DNA from: Azolla caroliniana
Lineage: Eukaryota > Plantae > Polypodiophyta
Assembly (NCBI GenBank): GCA_043228905.1
Contig: JBHGNT010000015.1
Location: 744,001 to 808,000, forward strand
Direction of reading: 5' to 3'
DNA: 64,000 bases
Positions 25,403-38,284 of this stretch are shown here, one piece after another. Below the pieces are notes generated by a model. That model did not search any database and was not told the origin of the DNA. It was given only the letters and a program-made list of their open reading frames with translations. A program made the position numbers and the translations under genes. Within the stretch, counting starts at the first letter, position 1, and each line of letters starts with the position of its first letter.

Positions 25403-25790
25403 AAACTAGCTAAAGATTTTCTTCAGAACTATTCCTGCAACATTCGATCAACCTGGACGACAAATATAGATTCCCTTCACACATTCACAATTTTTCAATC
25501 TATTAGAATATGGATGTACAAATTTATACAAAATGCTTTCTTTTTTTCTCGTCTCCAAGGTATCTCCAAAGCTATTGGAAAAGCACTTCAATGGGAAAAC
25601 TAGCTAAAGATTTTCTTCAGAACTATTGCTGCAACATATCAACCTGGACGACAAATATAGATTCCATTCACACAAATCACAGTTTTTCAATCTCTTAGAA
25701 TATGGATTTACAAATTTATACAAAATGCTTTCTTTTTTTCTCGTCTCCAAGGTATCTCCAAAGCTATTGGAAAAGCACTTCAATCGGAAA
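25403..25790. repeat. ~193-bp direct tandem duplication upstream of TFIIF beta
   Basis: AAACTAGCTAAAGATTTTCTTCAGAACTATT...AAGCACTTCAAT occurs at 25403 and 25597. Confidence 0.92.
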
Positions 25791-25865
25791 AATCAGCTAA
25801 ACTCGAAGGCCACATGGGTTGTGCTCTATTATTATTATTTTGTGCTTGGATTTGGACTAGATGAA

Positions 25866-25922
25866 TGTAGCTCAGTTGGTAAGGATGTCTAATAGAAACT
25901 AGAAGGTCATGTGTTCAAAGCC
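25866..25922 (+). mobile_element. tRNA-derived SINE-like head; a related copy lies at ~35858-35905
   Basis: Box A-like TAGCTCAGTTGG and box B-like GTTCAAAGCC are present without a complete cloverleaf. The core GTAAGGATGTCTA.T.GAAACTAGAAGGT recurs near 35861. Confidence 0.5.
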
Positions 25923-26236
25923 AAATTAAATTCCATAGGGGTAATTAGCAAATTAGCTTCAAAACCAAAATTACATTCCACAGGGGTAATTAGTAAATTA
26001 GCTTACATTCCGCAAGGGTATCTAGTAAATTAGAGGTTACTAATACTAAGCTAATTATAATAAAAAGGCAGAGATGTGTTTTCCATAGTTCTAAAATTCT
26101 AATGTTAAAAAGTATCTCATTTCATCATCGCTCTAATCGTCCGTGCTTCCTTCTTCTTCTTCTTCTTCTCTCTCTCTCTGTCTGTCTGTCTGTGTCTGTT
26201 GTGTTGGATTTTTCTTCGGCGTGTATCCATCAGAAA

Positions 26237-29200
26237 ATGTCGAAGACAGGTGGCGATGGCGGCGAGGAGAAAGGCACAGCCACGAATACATCTTCTTCTT
26301 CATCCCTAGATACCTCTCGCGCAGACAGGGCTGTTTGGCTCCTTAAAGTGCCTCCTAGGGTTTCGTCCACATGGAAACAGCAAACAGAAGCAGGAAGTTG
26401 CCTCTCGAAGCTCATCCTCACACTCGATCCAACCAAACCAGAGGGCAAGAATCGTCAATTCAGGTTCTTTCATGTCTCTGTACATCTTCCTATCCGCGCG
26501 CCTTTCTATTTCTTAGCAAAACATGGTTTTACTCCATAGACACTTCATTTTGTGATGCATCTGGGTCAATCTAATTGGATGAGAAGGGGACACAATACTC
26601 GGAAAATTTGCGACTGTGTCCTAGCTTTCTTTTATATTGTCTGCTTAACTTCCCACATTCACTGTGTTGGTTTAAACATCCTTTTGTATAACATGACCTT
26701 TCCGTTTTTTTATGGCTCCTGCTTATCACTCCTTTCATGGTTTTACGTTTCACGTTTTTGTTTCAAACGCCGTTTATGAGTCTATGCCTGCAACCATTTC
26801 TCTCATGGCTCACTGTGTTGCTGAAAACATCTATTTTTACCCAATGCTTGCTTGCAGAAAATCTAAGTATATGAGAAGAATATTAGGAGAAATTGCTAAC
26901 TGGAAACTTTGGAACTTTCCTGTACGCATTCACTGTTTTGCTGCAAGCATCATTTTACTCCATTTAATTAGACATTCAATCCATCAAAATGGATGAGAGT
27001 AACAATAGTAGACATGTCTAACCAGAAACTTGAACCTGAAACCTTTTTGACCATCTATCAGATTTCTTTCGTTGTTGAGAGCTAGATGGCTTACATGGAG
27101 AATGATCGTTAAGATGCTTTTGGTACATATATCAAAACACTTTTCTCCATGGGTTTGCTTTTCATTCAGGGCTGGTATGAACACAAAATCATTTTTCTGT
27201 GCTGTTTTACCTAAATACTGGCTTCCTTGAGATAGCAATAGCTGTATCACTTTTAAGGAAAACTGTACAGAGTCTAAACCATATGGAGACCTTTTTCTCA
27301 GAGTATGACATCTCATACTCTTAGTCTTTTCGAGGCGTTATTGGCATAGCTGATAAATGCAGCTCGTATCTTTTCAAGCTGAAATTCCATACATTCAAGT
27401 TTATCCAAATTCCCAAGCGAATCATTGAACATCACAGTCTCAGATTTGGCTTTCCCATGCTTTCTTAGGATGATGTTATTTACTCTAATCTGTCACAGAA
27501 TATCCAGTCCAAGTACTAAAATGTAATGATTTTTTTGGCTGCATTTGGGTGTATGTTGGGATGTATTGACTATCATAGATTCAATTACGGCTCTCACCTT
27601 TACGTCATTGTTGTCCTAATAAAATCTACCTGTTCGTTGAGGGGGATGCATGTGTTTCTGTATGATTAGAGAATAGATGCATTAGTTAGCCTATGGCAAC
27701 TGATGAAAATGTGCTCCCACCTGGCAGATATATTGTCACATATTATAATTTTGCATATGGGTGAAAAGTCCATAATCCTTGCATGATGAATAATAAACAA
27801 ACAGAATTAGATTCTTGAAAATTTCAGTATCTCTTTCCCATATCAAGTTCATTGAAGTGGCATACATAAATAAAACAAGAGCGTTTTAGTTAGAGTTAGT
27901 TTTTGACAGTTGTTTTATATATACTTCCATCTTCCAGCTTGGAATTGACAGCAAATGAATCTGGAACTCCAAAGGAATACGTCCTTAACTCAACTAAAGA
28001 TATCATACCTATGCATGCATTTTCAGAAACAACCCAGGGTTAGTTTCTTACAACCGTTTTTATTTCTATGCCTTGCCAATCAGTGTTAGAAATTCATGTC
28101 TGGTATATGTCGAAAGAGTACTTTAGGGAAGCTGGCAGTTGAAGGGAAAGTGGAACACAAATTTGACATGAAGCCAAACACATTTGTAAGTGATGAATAT
28201 CGCAAGCTTTGCAGAGAGAGGTTGGATAAATCCAAGATTAAGACAAGGACATTACAGGTAATCTGAAAAACCTATATTTAGTAAGCATCTCATCAAGAAA
28301 ATGGATAGTATTCGTGACATGTCTCCGTTTCTAGGTTCTTGAAAATGATCATGGGGTCTACATCAGACCTCAGCCTGTTGCAATTGGTCCAACATATATC
28401 ACCAAGGTATTGGTTTCATTCATTTTGCTATAGAATTGATTTCTATTCTGAAAGCATGTGGTTCTGCAGATGTTTTTCCCTTTCGGAATGGGTTTAACAT
28501 TTTACAAGTCTAACAAGCAATGTGTGTATCTTGTTCTTTTTTTAATTGACTTCAATATCTGTCTTTCTCTAGCTAAGACGTTCACATATCTTGCACTGAA
28601 GTAAGGGAAAGATTTACCTATCATGTGCATATTCTTGAAATCTCCTACCTTTTTCATGTTAAACATGACCATAGTTTGTGTTCATAATAAATTCATTTTG
28701 TAAAACCTCAGAAAGAAAACCATCTTGCATCAGCATGCTTGTCCTACCACCAGGTGAAACTGATAAGAACAGGCTGCCAGACAGAGGTGGGTGATGGTCA
28801 ATGCCCAGAGTTGTCAGGCTAAAGTGACTCAATAGATGAGGCCTGGACCAGGTCTCATCCTTAAGAAGACTCTCTTTTCTCAAGCACTGACCATGCTATA
28901 CATCTCTCTCCATCTACTCACACAAGTGGATCCCCTCAGGGATGCTTCCTTTACAACAGAGAACCCTCCCTCTCACAAATCAGACAGGCCAAGACACTGA
29001 ACAGCGTGTCTTGATTATGATTAGAAAATATAACACATACAACTCCTTATGACAAAGGGTCATGCCCTGGATGAGTTCACTCTGAGATATGGTTTCTTTT
29101 TCTGAAAGCAGCATGCGTCTCTGTCTCTTGTACTAATTTGCATGCCTCCAATGCTAAATTCTTTGACGGTTGAAGTGTCAGTCCTTGTTTCACGTTTCTC

Positions 29201-29830
29201 TCTTTGACTCAGGATGGTGTGCACTGATTCTCATGCTTTCTTTTGTTGCTTTCATGATTGTTAGCCCTTCTTTTTGAGAGCAATGTGTCACACGGGTCTT
29301 TGGGTGCTCTATTTGTTCCTCCATGCCTAACATTCCCTTGCACAGTGAGGCTACTGCAAAGTGTGCAAATGATAGTGTGGCATGGTCGACGAAGACATAT
29401 CTGTTTTTGTTGAAGCCGATGATATTTGTTTTCCTATACAGAAAAAGGCTACTGTTGCTAAAGCTCCGGAGACAAAGAGGATAAGGATTGAACGAGCAGA
29501 ACTTGAAGATTTGGTTTTCAAGCTTTATGAACAGCAACCCTATTGGACATTAAAGAATCTTGTTGCTGAAACACAGCAGCCAGAGGTAAGAACTTATTCT
29601 CACTACTATATTTTCATAATCAGGTGAAATTCCCCTTTGTAGGTTGAACGGCCTTCTTGATAAATGTGATGAAAATATCAATAAAACGTGATATGTTATG
29701 TCAGGCCTTCTTGAAAGAAGTTATGAGCGACCTCTGCAATTATAATAAGAGAGGTCCAAATCAAGGAAAATATGAGCTGAAGCCTGAATATGTTCGCAAT
29801 GCCACAGAAGAGGAAAAGCCTAGCAAATGA
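26237..29830 (+). CDS. GTF2F2: General transcription factor IIF subunit 2 (TFIIF beta, RAP30), 6 exons
   Basis: Exons 26237-26463, 27938-28038, 28127-28257, 28335-28406, 29442-29585 and 29705-29830. Motifs: LDTSRADRAVWLLKVP, GKLAVEGKVEHKFDMKP, EYRKLCRER, FKLYEQQPYWTLKNLVAETQQPEAFLKE, YNKRGPNQGKYELKPEY. Confidence 0.95.
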
Positions 29831-31649
29831 CCAGCTTAGTACTTGCTGCTACAAGGAGTTCCCTCGAGTACATTTTTTGTTGAATTTCGGTTGCTTGAAT
29901 TCTGCCACGATGTACAAACAAATTGATCCGTTGTATTATGTCGTGCCTCTTGGAATGGTTCGTTTTGTAATCTCAGTAGTTGTAGGCAGTGTCACGATGC
30001 AACCGTTGTTCAGCTTTCATACATGAGATTTCAAAACTCCAGTTGCTAACATATTAAGATTTTGACACTTTGATGTATCACACTAACATGAACGTTAAAA
30101 TTGGATGGTGTTCAATAGTAACTATGAGTAGTGCCAAATCTGTGAATATATTCTGTTTGTTCACCACATCACTATTTTCATGAATGAAAGCCAAGTGTCT
30201 ATTTACATAACAACTGTCATCTTGATTTTTATTTGTATGTTTTCAATGATCGTTTACTAATATTCAGTTACAAATGGAAAGTGAAATTGGCCGTTCAAAG
30301 GATTTTGTTAAAAAAGCAAATCCTGAATTCACATGTATATGTAGTAGGCATGGCCAAAGGAACATAGTGTTTTAAAGAGCCTCTTAAGGAGGAACTTTCC
30401 AACCTAGCAAATTGGAGAAATTAGATCCATCAAGGCGATGACCTAGTAGCTGATCCCAACCTAATCCACTAGGCTTTGCGATTGAGATAACAAGTGATGA
30501 TTTTGTGTGGTAGTCACATTGAGGTGTGTAAGCAAAATTGTAAACAAAAGAGTAATGTGGGGAAAAGAATCATATGAGTGTCAAAGAATAGATATGGTGG
30601 TGTAGTCAATTGACAATCATCTTGGTGGAAGTAGGGAACTCATGTTTTGTAAAACCTTGCTTGAAGACCCAAAATAAGTAATTCTCCCCAACTTGCTAGA
30701 GGGCTCCGATATTACAGAATATAGCTCCTCACAGAATTTAATAAGAAGCTCAGAATTTACAGATCTAGAAATGAGCTTGTACATAGTTTCAATCAGACAA
30801 CATCCTCGTTCCATTGAACAGATCAATTGAACACTACGGACATGTACATACACACGACAATGTCATGTGGGCAAACTAAAGATTCCTTTGCTCCACCAGC
30901 CAATGAGGCCACCTATTTAAAGGAAATCATTCTCCTGTTTAATTATTCATTACAAATACATAATCCAACCAAGAGATGGACGAGTTGGGTTCGAAGAATT
31001 TATTTTCCATTCAATATCTTCATGACCAGCAAATATGAAACAAAATCAACTGTTAAAGATCCTGTCTAAATACATGATTCAAGCAAGAAGGAACCAAACT
31101 TTTCAGAAATCACTTAATCAATCCAGTGGAGGACCAATAGCTTCAGTATCACACAACAAGATGTAAAAACATCAAGAGAATCAATTCTCTGTGCCAATAG
31201 CTTCAGTTAACACATAACAAGGCGTAAAAACATCAAGAGAATCAATTCTCTTGTTAAAGATGATAACTATTCAGAAATCACTGGAGAAGCTTTTCAGAAA
31301 TAACTCGAAATACACTTATTCATCAAGATTAAAGGATCATGAACCTCACTACAAACGGAGACGTAACTGATTGTACATGAAAGGAAATTCCATTTTTGTT
31401 AACAATTCTGTACAGATACATGATTCAAACCAAGAAAGGGCCAATATTCCCCAGAACGAAACTGCTACCTTAAATCTAGGTATAAATTTAACCTTTACGT
31501 AAAACATAGCCATACTTCAGGCATGGTGGCATCAACCGTTCCGTTTTGCACAGCATATATTATTTAAACCAAGAAGGGAATGGGCTTTCATGTATCTTCG
31601 CGAATGCTCCGCTAATTTTTTTCAGAAAACAGAAAAGAAAAAACATGTT

Positions 31650-32045
31650 TCAGAAATCGTAGCATCGGCCGCCTTTCTCCCAATCACCAAATCGAGTAGG
31701 CTCGAGGCCTTTAGGACCTCCCACTTCCCCTGTCAATGGATTCTTAAACTCCTGCTCTTCTTCTTCTCCTTCTGCTTCGGCAACAGCAGAATCAGTATCA
31801 GAGGGGAGGTTTCTTCCATTCTCACTGTCCTCAGCAGATCGGTTCAACGAAGGAGATTCATGAGAACGCGATGCAGAAGGAGGAGGAGGATTCCCGATGT
31901 TACTAACCTTAGACTGGTCCGATTTCGAGGAGAAGGGAGAAGAAGAGGACAAGGAAGAAGAAGAAGCAGAATGTCTGAGAGGATGGCAACTACTCGAAGC
32001 TTCTGTGCGTAGCGATCGGCCGAGGGTTCGGAGCAAACGATCCAT
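31650..32045 (-). CDS. SDHAF4: Succinate dehydrogenase assembly factor 4, mitochondrial (DUF1674/Sdh8), single exon
   Basis: The C-terminus NPLTGEVGGPKGLEPTRFGDWEKGGRCYDF is the family signature. The R/S-rich N-terminus resembles a mitochondrial transit peptide. Confidence 0.95.
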   Translation of the reverse strand: MDRLLRTLGRSLRTEASSSCHPLRHSASSSSLSSSSPFSSKSDQSKVSNIGNPPPPSASRSHESPSLNRSAEDSENGRNLPSDTDSAVAEAEGEEEEQEFKNPLTGEVGGPKGLEPTRFGDWEKGGRCYDF

Positions 32046-32184
32046 GCTTCTTCTTCTCCTTCTTCGCCTTCGTCTGTATTTTTTCTGTTTTTCAATGGCG
32101 TGAATGTGAAGTTCGTCGCATAAGGATCTCCCCCCTCCCCCCCCCCCTCCCCCCCCCCCCCCAACACAGACACGTCACCCCCAC

Positions 32185-32490
32185 AGATGCTGATGTGGCG
32201 CACTCTCATTGGCCAGCTCTCGCTCGCCCAGACCTCAGGCTCGCTGATGTGGCATGGGAATCATTGGCTTCCAATTAGTCTTCCTTCGCCCCCATCGATG
32301 CTGATGTGGCACATTCTCATTGGCCAAATCTAGCTTGCTCGATACTCGCTCGGGCTCGCTGATGTGACACATTCTCATTGGCCAAACCTAGCTTGCTCGG
32401 TACTCGCTCGGGCTCATTGATGTGGCGCATTCTCATTGGCCAAACCTCGCTTGCCCGGTACTTGGGCTCGTTGATGTGGCACAAGTTCGT
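32185..32490. repeat. 54-58-bp tandem repeat (6 copies) upstream of SDHAF4
   Basis: The TGATGTG(G/A)C core starts at 32191, 32245, 32302, 32360, 32418 and 32472, and is usually followed by TCATTGGC. Confidence 0.9.
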
Positions 32491-33026
32491 TGGCGTCCAA
32501 TTAGGCTTCATTCGCATCCTCAGATGTGGTACACAACCATCAGCCGCCCACAAGAATTGCACAGTTTTTCATCCCTTCTCTTCTTCATTGACCTTGTGCT
32601 TTGCAAACAAACTTTAAAGCGAGTTTCAAATCCCGAATTTGCAAGCATTTGATCCGATTCATAATACCCTCTCGGAGGCTTAGAATTGTTGCCTCGTTAT
32701 TCTTCACGGTCGAAATGGGATTGCCACACCTCCCATCAACAATTTATAGGAATCGACAACGGTTCGGTTTTGGCTTAACCGGTTTGGCCTTGTCCAAACA
32801 AAACCGATTAAGACTTAATCGATTTGGGAGTTTTCAAACTTGAACCGAACTAGTCTTAAATTAGTTCAAGCTAACCGACTTGGACAAACTAGTTAAACCT
32901 TAACTAGTGTAGGAACCAGTTTAACCAATCCAATTAAACCTTAACCAGTTTGGCACCGAAACTGAGCACAAACTAGTTAAGGAAGCTCAAGCCTGAACCG
33001 AGCCAGCGGCCAAACTGAAACTCCAC

Positions 33027-33365
33027 ACCATAGTACGTAATATACTTGAATGCATTGGCAAACATTCTTTTTCATGCCTTAACTTTCTTACCTTTTTCAA
33101 ATGCATAGGCTGACCATAGTAAATTTTTTTACACTTTTTACCTTAACTTTCTTACCTTAAAAAAATTACCTTAAAGAAAATGACCATAGTACGTAATATA
33201 CTCGAATGCATTGGCAAACATTCTTACCTTTTTCGAATCCATAGGCTAACCATAGTATTTTTTTTTACACTTTTCACCTTAACTTTCTTACCTTAAAATA
33301 AATGACCATAGTACGTAATATACTCGAATGCATTGGTAAACATTCTTTTTTTTACCTTAAAAAAA
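33027..33365. repeat. Imperfect tandem repeat, ~120-155 bp, about 2.5 copies
   Basis: ACCATAGTACGTAATATACT.GAATGCATTGG.AAACATTCTT occurs at ~33027, ~33183 and ~33305. Confidence 0.85.
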
Positions 33366-36300
33366 TGAATACAAAAGTATGGTATTTACCATACGTCGAG
33401 GGTGTTTACCAGTCTCGAAGGGATTGAAACATTCGCGAATGATAAGGCACGTATGGTACGTATGGTTCATACTATGCTCCACACCGCCAAATGGTTTAAT
33501 GGATGGGTTCAGGCTTGAGCCGAGCCGTTGCTGACTCTCTCTAACAAACTACATACATATTGAAAAACACGTTATGTAGTGAAACAGCGTCGAGGAAGAT
33601 AGCAGAGAAAGAGAGATACTTCATTTATGAGGGGACATGGAGGACACGAGATCCTTCCAGGGTATAGACCACGAGATGATTTCCTGATGAGCCACAGCAG
33701 AAACGGCAATGAAGATCTTTCCTTTTTTAATGGAGAAAGCAGACAGAATGTGTGCGCAGAATGTTTCCTTCTTACTTAATAATGAAAACAAACGACCTCC
33801 TTTCTTTCGTTCTATGCTTTTGATCACTACAGGACTATGTCTTCCTGCAGGGATCCCTCTCTCAAGTAAGTCCTCCTCCTCCTCCTCCTCCTTCTCTATC
33901 TGGCGATCTTTGTTGTAGGGAAAATGATCTCTCGATAAAAATCCTTACCGCTCGGAGTTGTGAATCCTTGTAACGACGAGTTGTGAATCTGTTACCACTA
34001 GTTGTGATCATGTCTCTGAATCTTGATGGAAATGAAAACGGGAGTGAGAATTTACGTCTGGAAAGAGCTAAAATGTGTTTACCTCCGCATAGAGAGACAG
34101 ACAAAGATCAAGAAATGCTAATATTTTGTGTTTCACCAAAAACTCCGTCTTAGAAAAGCCAATCCTGTGTACAAATCCATTATGAAGAATTGTGGTTTCT
34201 GTAAAAAAGGAGAAGCGAAGTGTTTCTTTTTGGGGTAAAGGTCTAGTATCGTATAAGAATTCTATAGATTTTCCAGTATACTACCTATAACCTTTACAGC
34301 ATTCTTAAGCTATCTATAATGGAACTTCCACCCTAGAAGGCCCTAGAGTGTGCTATAGAGAGGAAAACTGAATGTTTTCTGGAAATCTCGTGACAACTTT
34401 AATTTTGTTTGGAGAAAGTTCTATTTTCAAATGTTTCATGGATGAATTAAGTTATGTTTGCCAGTAAAATCTTGTAAAGAAGGTATTTATTCTTAGGATG
34501 ACTTTTTTTCTTGTTGCAAGTGTTATGCGATCAGGTGCAATCACACATTGCATTGCAGCTGCTTATAAATCTTTGATAGAAGTTTGTAAATGGTGATTTC
34601 AAAACAATATTAAGAAGTTTTTTGGAACTTATATAGCTCGAAGGAGTTTTTCGGTCTTAGATTATCTTAATACCATCTGTACTCTAATCCACTCTGCCTT
34701 CATATGTTTGACCATACTGTTAAGTTAGATTTAGCCAATTTGAGGCTTAGGATTAGTTTTCATTATATAGTTTTTTGAAAAGGATAGTTTTCTTTGTGTG
34801 TTGCTTTGTTAGTAGAGGAATTTCCCCATACTTGAGACATTGAAATGCCTGAAAACTCAAAGTCAAAACTCCGGGTAGCTCACTAGCATAATTCTTGTAG
34901 CTAAGTTGCAGCATTTTTTGCAATATGAGTTTATCATGCATAACAATCGGCACCAAACCGCGAAATCGCGGCTTAACAGTTTAAATGGTTTGGTTTCACC
35001 AGTTAAAAAGTTAAACATAGTGTTTAGCTCGATGCTGAATAGCTACAAAGTCTTTTAGTTTATTTGTTTTGCTCGGGTTTCTATGGGATGCTGGGGCGAT
35101 CACAAAGAGAAGTAGTGAAGAATGAATGTAGATACACATTGTTCTGGACATGCCATGCAATTTGATGATGGAGGGACTTCGTAAGATTCTTAAATGATGT
35201 CTTAGAGTAATGGGAAGTGACGAATGATGGGGGATTGTAAATATGAACCTACCTTCAACATATAAAAAAGATGTGGGTTTTAGTTGCTTGATTGTTGTAA
35301 CATTATGAAATCATGCGATGTAATTGCTCGGAGATGTCTCATCATATAGCTACATTCAGGTGGGAAGAACATTTGTGAAAAGTGATCGTGATAATTATGA
35401 AAAGGTCAGCAATGCATTCTCTTTCTGTTTTGCATTTTGTGCATTGAGCTACATAGAGAGTACCCATATCGCTAAGCTGGTATGGTTTCCGTACCCATGC
35501 CCACCAAATTGGGCTCTTTACCATCCATACAAGCCACACACATGGAGAATAATGAAATGAAATGCTATATTAATGTAATTGTCATAATTTGCTGTACAAT
35601 TTCAATGCATCCATGACCATTCACATCCTATTAATCGTTTCAGCGCATAAAATGTGTATCGAATGAAAACACATTCTCTCTCTAGGTGCACCATTCCATG
35701 CCCTTATTTTAATCAATTGATAGCATGCACACAAGTGTCCCTCTCACGCATTCTCACACTTAATCTTAGTTTATAGTTATTACAATTTGTCCACTCATTT
35801 TCTTTTTTCTCTCCCACTAGTTGATTTGAATAAATAAACATGTGTGTTTGTGTGCCAATCAGTAAGGATGTCTATTGGAAACTAGAAGGTAATAACTTCA
35901 ACCTTAACATTTCACAATGACATCTTGTAAAGTAGTCCATATAGTGACATTAACTTTGATGCATCACAATAGAAACTTACATTAACTTTGATGCATCACA
36001 ATAGAAACTTGGCTCATGAGCAAAAAAGAGTAATCCTTTATATCAGAAAAAGGGTGCAACTATATAGAGTTTGTAAAAAGGGATTCTTAATTTATGAGGA
36101 AATGGGACATGAGGTCCTACAAGGATGTAGACCATGAAATCGTTTCCGATAGGTAGGTTGGATAGGTGGCACAATGCTAGCCCACTCTTGTAATTTATGT
36201 TCAGGGCTTGCACATTGCACTCGCTAATAGATGTTTTGTAATAACCCATTTTGATACATTATTCTCTATGACAATTTGACTAAATTAAGCTTATGAGTGA

Positions 36301-37879
36301 ACCCTAATGAAGTGTTTTGTGTTAAGTTGAGGATCTAATCAGTGATCTCTAGTTCATGAAGAAATCTTCTTTTGAACCACAACTTTTTCATAATCTTCAA
36401 CAACATATCAAAGACATTCAATCACCACAAGAATAATGAGAACAATGTATGGGTGAGGTGATATGTTTTTGAGTATATGTTAATAAATTTAAATAAAGTC
36501 TCCTCCTAAATTATTAGAGCATTATCTTGATGTGTGTTCAATACAAATCTTGAATGTCACTCTGATAATTTAATATTGATCTTCCTTGTAAGCTCAAATC
36601 CAACAATGGTTTTTATGCACACTGTATGCTTGACAACAGAATGCAATAGAGTATTGGGAGGAATATGAGCCTAAACAAATAAATAACTTTGGAGAGCTAA
36701 AAAATGAATAAGTAGACAATGGCTTGGATAACTTAGGTCAATGAATCATGCACCCATTCCCCAAACGAATTGGTGCCATAAGTGGGAATGAATAAGAAAC
36801 TTGATTCAAGATTCTTCAAGTCACAAGAGTGTGATGGTGATGGGGTTTGGGATGGGTTCTCGTTACCAATCTCCTTTTTATTTAAGTTTCATGAATATCA
36901 CAAACAACCTATAAGATATACATTGCTTTGGTTCCATAGGCCAACACTAGCCTTTTTCAATGTGCTAATACACTTCATCTTCTTAGTTTTCTAATTCCCA
37001 AAGTATCTCATTATTCTTGTTTCCCCTATAATGTTTCTTCACATGTTTCTCTCCCCATAGGCAATTTAGAAATTATAGAGATAAAAGAAATTTCAAAGTC
37101 AAGTGAGGCTTTTCAAACAATAAAGAGAAGTAAATCATATGGGTGTTTGAAAAGTATTGAGAACTATAGAACATTGACATGTTATACGTGGGACATGCTT
37201 TTTTTATATAATGATTGAAGTCATTCCTTTGTGCAATTGATAATTCCATTTAGGTTATTATATCACAACTTTGGCCATCATTATTAACTTGGCTTTTTTT
37301 GTCACCCTTTTAGTTAGTTTGCATGTACAGAAAAGGTTTAATAGACCCCCCACCCCTCCCCCCTGGAGAAAAAAAAAACTTACAAGGGCAGGGTTTGAAT
37401 AGCATATGAACCACATTTCTAGATGTATTGTTTCTTTGATTTATATCTATTTATCTAGGACAAGAGAAGACTTAGGTGAGGGGTCTGGATAATGTGTCAT
37501 GGTCCTTTTTTATGGGTGTAAACCTAGGTGTCGGTCATGTCCGATTCTTCCGGTATTCCCATAAAACACTTTTTGTGGGGGTGTTTAGCCATAGGATGTA
37601 ACTTTTATAGTCGGATTCATTCCTACCATTGATCGAGCCAAATAAGAAACGGATGTGATATTTTAAAGGGCTAATGTGCATTTGCTTTTCAAAGATTATG
37701 GATGTTTACGCAGGTAGCAATTGTATTATATAAATTGTTTTTTTGTCCACTAGAATTGTTTCTCTTACATCCCAATTCCCATGAATCAAAATTTAGAAGC
37801 ATTAAGGAAAAGGAAGAAAATAAAAGGACAAAAGAACAGGAAGAAATAAAAACAAAATACCATCTCTAGTCTTCGATAT

Positions 37880-38284
37880 CAATGGGCCCGGTTCGGTTTC
37901 TTTGCCTTGAAATCAAACCACACTGAACCAAACCAAACCGAGCCATTTAATAAAAAGTTTAAACCTAACCACATTTAAGTCAAACTAATTAAAATAATAA
38001 AATAATAAAAATACACTAAATTAAATAAACATTTATGTTTAACCAATTAAATAAAGAAATAAACATTAATTAGGCCATTATATTAAATAAATATTTAAGT
38101 TAAGTGAATTAAATCAATAAAAAATATTAATTAAATCATACCGAACCAAACCAAACCGAACTAAAACCAAACCATTTATTAATAATTAAAACCAAACCAA
38201 ACCATTTAATTATTTTGAAACTTATAAACCTTTAAACCATGGCTTAACGGTTCTGTTCGGTTTGGGCCAAAACCGGGCCCATTA
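37880..38284. mobile_element. hAT-type MITE (~405 bp)
   Basis: 13-bp perfect TIR AATGGGCCCGGTT / AACCGGGCCCATT, many subterminal AACCG/AACCA motifs and an AT-rich core. The 8-bp flanks TTCGATAT and TGAGATAT match at 6 of 8 positions. Confidence 0.8.

Noticed and set aside
31590-32209. ORFs overlapping SDHAF4 in other frames and on the other strand
   Set aside because: They are shadow frames of a GC-rich, low-complexity coding region.
33600-35560. Possible additional spliced gene or lncRNA divergent from SDHAF4
   Set aside because: CT-rich stretches and short ORFs exist, but I could not build a coherent reading frame or recognise a domain.
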